From Reclinomonas americana ATCC 50394 (taxonomy: Eukaryota), in contig PS015198.1 in the NCBI GenBank assembly GCA_048213135.1, forward strand, positions 24,102 through 62,893: a stretch of 38,792 nucleotides of DNA, written 5' to 3'. Each line of letters starts with the position of its first letter. The first letter of the stretch is position 1. Of the stretch, positions 1 to 9,995 are shown in pieces. A program made the translations under genes and the position numbers. The notes under the pieces were generated by a model, which did not search any database, had not been told where the DNA came from, and saw only the letters and a list, made by a program, of their open reading frames with translations.

Positions 1-310
1 CGAAGGGGAAGCGAAGGGGAAGCGAAGGGGAAGTGAAGGGGAAGCGAAGGGGAAAGTCGAAGGGGGAAGACGATGGGGGAAGAGGATGGGGGAAGCAAAG
101 GCGAAGCACAAGGGGGAGCAAAGGGGGAAGCGAAGGGGAAGCGAAGGGGAAGCGAAGGGGAAGCGAAGGGGAAGCGAAGGGGGAAGCGAAGGGGAAGCAA
201 AGGGGGAAGACGAAGGGGAAGCAAAGGCGAAGCACAAAGGGGAGCAAAGGGGGAAGCGAAGGGGAAGGGGAAGAGGAGGGGGGAAGACAAGGGGGAAGAC
301 AAGGCGAAAA
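1..310. repeat. 11-bp minisatellite (CGAAGGGGAAG)n with variants, inside the exchanger intron
   Basis: Directly visible tandem unit; forms a pyrimidine tract on the coding (-) strand. Confidence 0.9.
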
Positions 311-642
311 AGAGGGGGAGACATGGGGGAAGACAAATGCGGAAGACGAAGGGGGAGAAGTGGGAGAAAGGAAAATCGTTGGCCGAAGACAAACTCTCTT
401 TCAAGCACGCAAAGACAGCCATCTGAACTCTCCGTTCACCCTTATCCTCATTTTCCCCTTGCGCTCTATCTCTCATTCCCCGTCTCCCCCCGATAGCTGC
501 TGAGAATGAAGAGAGGACGGCCGCTGATGCGAGGGATAGTCCCTTCTCTGTCAACTCGGCCCTTCTCAAGTGCGACGGTGGATCGTTGCAGGACAAGAGG
601 TGGAGAGGGGAATTTTTCTTTCTCTCTCTGCTGTTTACGCAC

Positions 643-1433
643 CTGCCAAAGACTACCGTGGAGATGAAGGCACCGGCGCCAATTGGTTCGGAAACACCAA
701 TGTCGGCGTGGCCGGCGAGAATGCCGATGATGATGGCCGCGAGGTCGGGGGCGCCACTGCACGAGGGGGGACAAGAGAGTGAGAAGTCTGGAGAGGAGAG
801 AAGACACGAGCTGTCTCCAGCTGGGCCTCTCTCTCACTCTGCGAACTATTTCCTCTCATGGTGTACATCCCTTGTGGAATGACACAGAGTAAGAGGCAGT
901 TGAGCAAGAGAGAGCGGAAGAAGTGGTGCTTGAGGGGTGAGAGAACGTGTGAGAATCAAAGGGGAACCAAGGGACAGAGTGGGAAAGAGGAGAAGAATGG
1001 CGCAGAGAGAGAGAGAGAGAGAAGGTGAGACTCTAGCACGCTGGCTGCTTTCTCTCCCCTGTCTTCCCTCCAAGCTGAGTCGCACCTTCTCTCTCTCTGC
1101 GCCAGTCTTCTCCGCTTTCCCACTCTGTCCCTCTTTACTCTCGCTCCCAGCGTGCCAGAGAATGGTTGAGANNNNNNNNNNNNNNNNNNNNTCACTCTCA
1201 CTCAACTTTCCCAACGCCAACAACGTGACTCCCGCCACATTCGGCGACAATCGCAGTGCCTTGGACAGGCGAGTGAGCGCCGGACAGAAAAAGTGCTCAA
1301 CGACATTGGCCAGGAGGAGAAAGGTGAGTGCGAGGAGGAGGCACACGAGGATGGCGTGCAGAGGGAGAGGGAGGTGTGAGAGGAGGGCGATGATCCCGTG
1401 TGGTTCGTCGTCGTCTGAGAGAGGGAGAGGCAT
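643..1433 (-). CDS. Cation/Ca2+ exchanger (CaCA superfamily, CCX/NCLX-like), 5' exons only; gene runs off the window start
   Basis: Exons 1433-1207 and 756-643 splice to MPLPLSDDD...[44 protein letters not shown]...GAGAFISTVVFG. This is the conserved alpha-1 repeat ([13 protein letters not shown]) of CCX/NCLX exchangers. Confidence 0.9.
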
Positions 1434-1871
1434 GTCTTCTGGAGGAAGAGAAGTGACAAGACAAAGGACATGTGGGACTGTCAACAGAAGTTGTCACTCG
1501 TTTTTGGACCTCTACAACAGTCTGGTATACAAGAGAGACGAGTCTTGCAACCTGTCACACTGCGATCCACACGCAACAACGAGAACTCGCGCTCATAAGA
1601 TGCACAGCACTTGAGATATCGATATCGATCACAAGATGCGCAGTACTGCCAGACTGGCCTTGGTGTTGCGGCTACGGCTGTCTGCTGTACGCAAGAGACG
1701 AGTCTTGCAACCTGCAGCACCGCTAGCCACGCATAACATCGAGACATCGTTCGTCTAAGTGTGCAAGTTGTCGTCACTCTGCTTGTGCCTGACAAGCTGT
1801 TTCGTCTACGATGCTCTGCTGTGCATGAGAGACGAGTCCTTGTTGCAAGCAACAGCAGTACTGCTACGTAT

Positions 1872-2365
1872 TTGGACAGGCGAGTGAGCGCCGGGCAGAA
1901 AAAGTGCTCAACGACATTGGCCAGGAGGAGAAAGGTGAGTGCGAGGAGAAGGCACACGAGAATGGCGTGCAGAGGGAGAGGGAGGTGTGAGAGGAGGGCG
2001 ATGATCCCGTGTGGTTCGTCGTCGTCTGAGAGGGGGAGAGGCATGGCTTCTGGTGGAAGATAAGTGACAAGACAAAGGACATATGGGACTGTCAACAGAA
2101 GTTGTCACTCGTTTTTGGACCTCTACAACAGTCTGGTATACAAGAGAGACGAGTCTTGCAACCTGCAACACTGCGATCCACACGCAACAACGAGAACTCG
2201 TGCTAATAAGATGCTCAGCACTTGAGATATCGATATCGATATCGATCACAAGATGCGCAGTAGTACTGCCAGACTAAGCCTTGGTGTTGCGGCTACGGCT
2301 GTCTGCTGTGCGAAGGGACGAATCTTGCAACTTGCAGCACCGCTAGCCACGCATAACATCGAAAT
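1872..2365 (-). pseudogene. Tandem partial duplicate of the exchanger upstream region and first exon (copy of about 1261-1745), truncated at LTRLSK
   Basis: ttggacaggcgagtgagcgccgg occurs at 1261 and 1872. The ATG at 2044 gives the same MPLPLSDDDEPHG...CPALTRLSK peptide and then diverges. There are scattered substitutions between the copies. Confidence 0.75.
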
Positions 2366-2480
2366 ATCGTGGTTGAAAGGAGCTCGATGATGTGAACAGC
2401 GGAGATCAGAAGTTGTCACTCTGCAGGCCGTGCTATTCCGTTTACCCTTGACCCCTTGACAAGTGTCGGCAGCCATCCAA

Positions 2481-2991
2481 TCACTGGCGACTCAGGAGCT
2501 CATCAAGTTCGGCCTGGAAACTGCGGACACTGTGCAAGGGTCCGCGCGTCTGGTTGGTCGCCAGCACGATGTCGATACGCGCCTGTTACATCAACAAAAC
2601 AATCACTGTGTATGAGATAGAAAGAAAACACCAGCTCGGTGAAGCTACACACCTTCTCCTTCAACTCGCGAATTTCTTCCTGATGCTTTTGCTCGCGAAG
2701 CAATCCACGCATCTTCTCCTCGCGAAGCATCACTTGCTGCTCACGAAGCTTCGCTTCGCGAACCACTGATCGCAACAGCTGTTCGCGGAGCTCCGTCTGT
2801 AAGCGCTCCGCCTCTATGAGCGAGCCCTGCTCGCGCACGTTTCGATGAATCGTCAACACAGCCTCGCGCACGCCCGTGACGGACGGCGGCTCGCCTACTG
2901 CCGAGAGCCGATGCAGGACGCCATCCAACGACAGCAGGATCTGACGATTCCTCTCTGCCAGTTCTGGAATGGGTACTTCGCCCGCTTTCAT
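2481..2991 (-). CDS. Small coiled-coil protein of unknown function (upstream exons possible)
   Basis: Exon from ATG 2991 to AAG|GTGTGT (about 2652), then CAG| exon 2582-2481 (ARIDIVLATN...ELDELLSRQ*). E/R/L/Q-rich helical sequence. Confidence 0.55.
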
Positions 2992-3206
2992 GGGCACTGC
3001 GTTCTGTGGAGTGTCACAAATCTACAATACGAATTCGAACTCCACTCCCTCTCCCCCACCGAACACACCTTGCCTGTCGACTGCGAGGGCCGAGGGTGAG
3101 TTCGCCGCACCAGTCGTGTACGTCGCCTCTGCTTGCACAACGCCGAGGAGGAGTCCCCTCCACTGATAAGCGCGCTTTCATCGAAGCGCACTCTCCGATC
3201 TACATA

Positions 3207-3245
<39 letters not shown>

Positions 3246-3964
3246 NNNNNNNNNNNNNNNNNNNNNNNNNNNNNNNNNNNNNNNNNNNNNNNNNNNNNNN
3301 NNNNNNNNNNNNNNNNNNNNNNNNNNNNNNNNNNNNNNNNNNNNNNNNNNNNNNNNNNNNNNNNNNNNNNNNNNNNNNNNNNNNNNNNNNNNNNNNNNNN
3401 NNNNNNNNNNNNNNNNNNNNNNNNNNNNNNNNNNNNNNNNNNNNNNNNNNNNNNNNNNNNNNNNNNNNNNNNNNNNNNNNNNNNNNNNNNNNNNNNNNNN
3501 NNNNNNNNNNNNNNNNNNNNNNNNNNNNNNNNNNNNNNNNNNNNNNNNNNNNNNNNNNNNNNNNNNNNNNNNNNNNNNNNNNNNNNNNNNNNNNNNNNNN
3601 NNNNNNNNNNNNNNNNNNNNNNNNNNNNNNNNNNNNNNNNNNNNNNNNNNNNNNNNNNNNNNNNNNNNNNNNNNNNNNNNNNNNNNNNNNNNNNNNNNNN
3701 NNNNNNNNNNNNNNNNNNNNNNNNNNNNNNNNNNNNNNNNNNNNNNNNNNNNNNNNNNNNNNNNNNNNNNNNNNNNNNNNNNNNNNNNNNNNNNNNNNNN
3801 NNNNNNNNNNNNNNNNNNNNNNNNNNNNNNNNNNNNNNNNNNNNNNNNNNNNNNNNNNNNNNNNNNNNNNNNNNNNNNNNNNNNNNNNNNNNNNNNNNNC
3901 TTTCTACCCTCGTCAGTCCTCCACGTGAGACAACTACTAATACGTCTCTCTCTCTTCCCTTTCC

Positions 3965-4002
<38 letters not shown>

Positions 4003-4993
4003 TCCCCTTCTCAATAATAATAATAAAACTTCACTGATCCATACACAACAATGAGCATCTACCAGTGATCGCCAGCAAGCCTCGTTTGCTTTCCTTATTC
4101 TCTCTCTCTCTCTCGCTGTCTATCTGTCTGTTCTCTCGTCCACCAGACAGCTCTGACGATGCATACATCTTCCCGCTCCTCCTTCCTCTCTCTGCCGCTC
4201 ACCCGCTCTCTTTCAATCTCTCGAGCCAACATCCCCCTTGTGTAAATGAGATAAGCGAGGTTATCCTTCGCACGTACCACCGTGGAATTCCATTGTCAGA
4301 GAGGGTCCCTCAGCAACCACTGGCACAGCAGAGTCCCCCTTGTGGTGGACCTGTTGCTGCTGCTGTTGTTGTGCATATTCCTCGCGCAACACCAACCTTG
4401 TTGGCAATGACAGGTTCTCCTTGTCTGCATCAAGACCACATGCTTGTCCACTGCCGAGTGGGTGGACGATGGCGGTTGCAAGAGCGCTGCACTCTGACAT
4501 TCCGCCGACAGAGACTCACGTGGGACACTGGAGCAGGACGAGTAACTGATGACAGAGTAAAGAAAGGTCAAGAGACCAACTGCCATTGACTCGTGAAGAG
4601 GGAAAGGTGGGATAACAGAAAGACAGCAGGTGCAAAACATCATCCTTCACTGCTCTCTGTCTCAGTCAACTCGGCCCTATAGCAAAGCCAGTATCGCCAA
4701 CTGCAAACAGATGGTGAGGATCAGCTCCCTCAATCGTCCAATCTCAACTCGATGAAGTAGCGCACTGATTCTTACTCCTCCATCTCCTTTTGTTTTCCTC
4801 ACTCCACTCCCCTGTCCGCCATCGCTCACCTGTACCGCAGACCACATGATCGCTTGGCGGCTGCATTGCACTCCTCCAAGCACCATTCCCTGTTCCATCA
4901 CCAGCCAAACTGCGACAGATACTCAGCTACCTTGCAACCTCTCTGAAACGGCTGCAACATTGTGCGTCGGTAACACACCGTATTCTACTGCGA

Positions 4994-7900
4994 TCATGAA
5001 GATCCCGCTGCAGCCGACGCTGAGCCTCCAGCGTCGACCACACCGACGCCAACTGCCGAGTCACACAACCGCTTCAATTCGTCGTGCACATACGATGCCG
5101 ACACGCGCGTTGCTTGCGGCCTCTGCACCGTTACACGCACAATTACCATATCACCACAAATTTTCCCACCGGTGTGTCAGCACGCAACCCAGCACTGTCG
5201 AATCAAGTTGCGAATGTCCTCCGACACTTCTGCTCGCACACTCTGGTCGTCAAGATTGCCAGGCGGAACGCTATCAAGCATGCACCGCATGATGGCCGGT
5301 ATCGTCAGTCCACCGTACGGCTCACGGCGAGTGGAGATGAACCAGAGCAGTGATCCAAGACTGAATACGTCTGCCCTTTCGTCGTACTGAACGCGAGGGC
5401 GGAACAGAAGCGTGAGGTCAACTATGTTGCTCAGCCTGCGCAGACACAGCCAGATGCTCACTTCCTGGTCCAGCATGGTCTCGGGCGCAGCGTACGCCAT
5501 CGATCCGTGCTTTGACTGCATCCTGCCGAGAGTGCCATGAATCTTGGCCTCGCCAAAGTCGCAGACCTTGGCCACGAGTCGGTCAGCGCTGATGAGAATG
5601 TCTGCAGAGATTGACGAAGCAAAGAGCAGGATCAGCCTATGGGAGTGGGGATAGACAAGCAAACACATCGATAACTTGAACTCTTCGCAGTCAGCTTGTC
5701 ATAGCAGGTAATTAAGAGAGAGCGGCATTTCTCACCACCTCACTATTATCTCCCACTGCCTTTTCCTTTCTCTAATCCTGTCTTCTCTCTGTTTACTCAC
5801 TATGACACGCAACTTTGCGGCTTGAGATCTCGATGCACCACCCGACGTGAATGCATGTGGACCACCGCCGATGCAACTTGCACGAGCAGACTGAGCAACT
5901 GTTTAGTCGTCAAGTGCTGATCTTTCACCAAGTCGTGCAGCGTCTCTGCGTTGCCTCGCTCTCCTTCTTGACCGACATATTCAAGAACGAGGCCGAGACC
6001 ACTTGGATCGTCGTCGCACACAGCAAGCAATTTCACAATGTGTGGATGACTGTATGGAAGCTCATGAAGGACGGCGGCTAGCAGTCACACACAATGGTCA
6101 TTAATGCACGCAACTCAAGCTGCACCAACAGAGAGTGCTCGTTTTCGAAGCTCTCACGGACAAGTTTCCATTCCGCCGACCGCGAATTCCGAGCTTGTTG
6201 CCTGACCTGGTACCGCTTGTACGCCACAGTTTGCGTGACACCGCCTAGGTGGACAGAAGCATGGAAGACAGCATTTTGACCTGGGAGCACGACGCAGGAG
6301 ATATCAGGAATTCCTGTCCTGCACGGACGCATCGTCGCACAAACCGATAGCGAGCTGTCTCGCCATGGGGGAGATTTGAATTTCTGAGGAAAGAACAAGC
6401 GGTGCGCGAATGGCGAATCTGGATACTCTTTCAGTTACCAACTCCGCCGTCACATGAATGCGGCTCACGTCTGCGCCAGTGAATAAATGAGGAAGAATCA
6501 GCACAAAGCGGCAAGCGCTGCCGCATTCGCAACTCTCATATGCCTGAAACAACAGACGAATGCTCTCATGCTGTCCATCCGGGAACAGTGTGTGGAGCGA
6601 GTTGCGAACCAGTCGCATAACGCTCACATACTCAACGTCTTCGAGTGTAGAAATACGAGCCAGGTGAGCCACGCGATGGCGCACGTCCCGCAAGTTTTCC
6701 ACGGCTCGAATCTGCATGGTGGAGAATTGAGCGCAAAACAACGGAGACGCACACGAGAGTCTGCGAAAGATAATGCTCACTTTGGAGTCGTCAGCGAGCA
6801 TGCGCATTGCGAGTCGGTCCTCATTCGTGACAGGATCTAGGCGGACACGAGTATTCTGCAGATCCTCAACACGACAAGCGGTGACAGGAACGAAGGTGAT
6901 GTACAACAGCAAGGTGCTCAGCAACGACACATCCATGCCACTGGTCACTCCACTCCGTTTAAATTCCCGCACTGCTTCGTAGTTTGAAGGGAAAAGCTCG
7001 ACGGAGCGCATACGGATGTTGCCACGCTTGTCTAGAGTCATTCGACAATATCTGCAACCCACAATGAGCGGTCATGACCCAGCGCGGCGCAAAATGCAGT
7101 CTCTCACCTCGGTCGAGGAGACGGCAAGCAGAGTTGCTCAATGTCGAATGCACCTGGGAAAAACCCTACGACGAGTTGTTGCAGCAGCGAGCCAAGAGCC
7201 AGAGGAATTATCTCGTGCACAACCTCGGTGAGCATCAAGATTGGACGTCGGTCGCTGCGCACATAATTGCGAGTGAGGCGTCATGATGAGAGAAAAAGCA
7301 CATGATTGCCAAGAAACCTGAGGAAGTCCATATGAAACAGAGCTCGCAGCTGACGTTCTAACTCCTTAGCTTTATGTCTCCACTCGTCGCGTTCAGCGGA
7401 GGCCTTGGCAAGATACATGCGGAGGACGTCACATTCGGCGGTATCGGAATTGTAGACCAAACCAAATGGATCGTTGCGCTTACTAACAGCCTGCAGGGAG
7501 TCGAGATTTACGACGGGGGACAACAAACAGGACGTGAATCAACTAATAAGGCAAGGCAATGAGTACTTGAGCTCACCGATTGCGAAGAGGGCACTATGAT
7601 GGGATGGGGTACATGCAAAATCGTCAGTAGTTTTTAGAACAGTTGAGCACAACATGGAAACAGACCTAGAGCCGAGGTCTGCACTCGACGGCGCTTGCAG
7701 TAAAATAGCCAGTTGGCGAGAAGGGCGACGGCAGCGGTCCACACTATGGCGAGGAAGAGATCAGACACCAAGGCCATAAGTTTCGAAATCGACCACGGGA
7801 TGCCGTTGCGTTCAGTTCGCTTTCCCAGCTCCACGCCGTCACCACCTGCCAGTGACCACTCTCTCAAGATTTCGTCACCATCAGCATGAACAATGTACCC

Positions 7901-9731
7901 ACCATCTGGAGCAACAGCAATAGAGGCTATCCAACCCAAGTGTCGCTCCAACCGTCGCACTTCTTTCCCACTGGCTAGCGACCAAACTCGCACAGTCTTA
8001 TCTGTACTACTGCTTACAACGTGCTGGCCATCGGATGTGACAGTGACAGAGCGCACCCAGCTGGTATGTCCCACCAGTCGTCGCACTTCTTCTCCAGTGA
8101 CCAGCGACCACATTCGCACACTGAGGTCATCACTCCCGCTTACAATGTACTGGCCATCAGGAGTAACGGCTACGGAACATACCCAGTCTGTGTGTCCCGT
8201 CAGCTGAAGCACTTCTTCTCCCTTCTCCAGTGACCACACACGCACTGTCTTATCATTACCACCACTCACGATGTGCTGGCTATTGGGGGTGACGGTGACT
8301 GACTGCACTTCAGCGGTGTGTCCCTTCAACTGCAACACCTCGAGTCCACTCGCCAGTGACCATATACGCACAGTGTGGTCATCACTCCCACTCACGACAT
8401 GATGGCCGTCGGGAGTGACAGCAACAGAACGCACCCAGTCGGTGTGCTCTCTCAGCTGTCTTACTAGCTCACCACTTGCCAGTGACCACACTCGCACAGT
8501 CTTGTCTCGCCCTCCACTCACAACGTACTGGCCGTCGGGAGTGACGGCAATAGAGGACACCCCAAGAGTGTGTCCCTCCAGGCGTCGCACTTCCAGTCCA
8601 CTGGCCACTGACCAAACTCGGACTATGCCGTCATCACTTCCGCCAACCACATGCTGCCCGTCTGGAGTGAAAGCGAGAAAATTTACCTTTCCAGTGTGTC
8701 CACTAATGACCCTGCACGAGGTTGCGCCCAGAGTGGCACTGAACAATTATGGCAGTCAGTCCGAGACCTTGATTTCACGCACGTCAAATTGCAGCAAACC
8801 ATGTCGATCGCGCTTCCGCGCAGTTCCATTCGCCGAAGCCGGCAGGGCACAAGCACCTGTGAGTCACGCTATCGCAGATGCCACCATTGAGGCAAGTTTC
8901 CGGACCGCAGGGGAGAATGCTGCAGGAACCATCGCCGGCCGCTCCATCATTGCAGATCGAACCCATAGGGCATGTGCAGTAGTATTTACACAACGGGCCG
9001 TAGAAACCCGGACTGCATGTGCAAAGCCCAGTACTCTGATTGCACACACCGTGCCCAGAACTTCATGCAGGTTGTAAGTGGTCAGCACCGTCGGCAAGGA
9101 ACCATGCGACTGACTAACCACAGATGTGTGCACAGATCGACAAATGCAGGAATGCTGCAGTCGATTCCATGCCACATTGGCTGGCACTTGCAGCCAAATC
9201 CGTCAGGGTTGCACACTCCGTTTCCGTGGCAAGTCACCGACGGCTGGCAGTTGCTGCACCAACGAAAAGCATCAATAACAGAATCCTACCCGCAGAGTTA
9301 ACGAAGAGACCGACGACTCTAACAAACCAACGATCGCCGCCGAAACCTGGAGCACAGAAGCACAGTCCAGTTGACGGGTTGCACGCGCCGTTCGTGGGAC
9401 CTCCGCAAGTCTGAATGTCGTGGCATTGACACTGAGGGCCGTGCCAATCAACATCACACACACACGATCCACTCTCGCATGTTCCGTGATCGGAGCTGTA
9501 CACGTGTGAGTATGGCGCAGTTTGGAAAGCTTGAGAATTCCATGCCAAACACACACTCTCGATGTAACAAGAGCAACACATACACGTGGATGCACTCAAT
9601 CTCACACATGCGGTCAGACACACATCCGGTCTCACACACCTCAACCCAACAACAATCTCCGGCTCACACAGAGTCAGACACATGCACATGGCAATCAAGC
9701 ATGTCAACATCAACACACGTATCGGCTGCAT
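4994..9731 (-). CDS. Putative single-pass receptor kinase: signal peptide + EGF-like repeats + 7 WD40 + TM + coiled coil + DZIP3-like HEPN + Ser/Thr (TKL-like) kinase, about 1160 codons
   Basis: Phase-consistent GT-AG exon chain: 9731-9670 (least certain), 9495-9328, 9253-9119, 9060-8800, 8738-7666, 7593-7577, 7490-7318, 7254-7108, 7051-6781, 6711-6534, 6470-6345, 6280-6115, 6049-5814, 5601-5462, 5386-5189, 5122-4994. Splicing restores CSGHGVC (EGF), LDHPHIVKL and HRDLKPQNILI. VAYK, DFG, YAAPE and DVFSLG are present. TM segment is LFLAIVWTAAVALLANWLFY followed by KRRR. Confidence 0.75.
7840..8710 (-). repeat. Seven highly similar WD40 repeats (126-nt / 42-aa period) within one exon
   Basis: The unit GHTxxVxSVAVTPDGQxVVSGSxDxTVRVWSLxSGxEVRxL recurs in ORF 7634..8746. 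Confidence 0.95.
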
Positions 9732-9995
9732 TTGAACGCTTTCTTCTCGCGCAAGTGTTTCGCGTGTGTGTTCGGTGCTCAGCCAGGACACTTCGTCGGA
9801 GAACCGTCACACTTTGCAACCACCATCCGCGTGAAGCACAAAAGACAACCTATACACTGCCTGAGCGCCACGACCGCTGCAGCTTTAACCTCAAAAGTAC
9901 TCCGCCGCTTTCTTAGTTGATTCCTTCACACGACTTCACATTGTCAATATCCCTCTTTTTACTGCTTCCGCGAAGTTACTCTATATCGCTCCGCA

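Noticed and set aside
466-600. Possible third exchanger exon LVLQRSTVALEKG after a non-AG acceptor
   Set aside because: No AG and no exchanger motif; the intron more plausibly extends past the window start.
3006-4037. Long ORFs spanning N-runs (also about 27299-28528 and 32196-33672)
   Set aside because: Artefacts of assembly gaps.
4270-4847. Possible spliced minus-strand gene MWSAVQ|LAILALL* with further exon-like pieces
   Set aside because: Early stop at 4677 and no consistent frame or recognisable domain; at most a decayed remnant.
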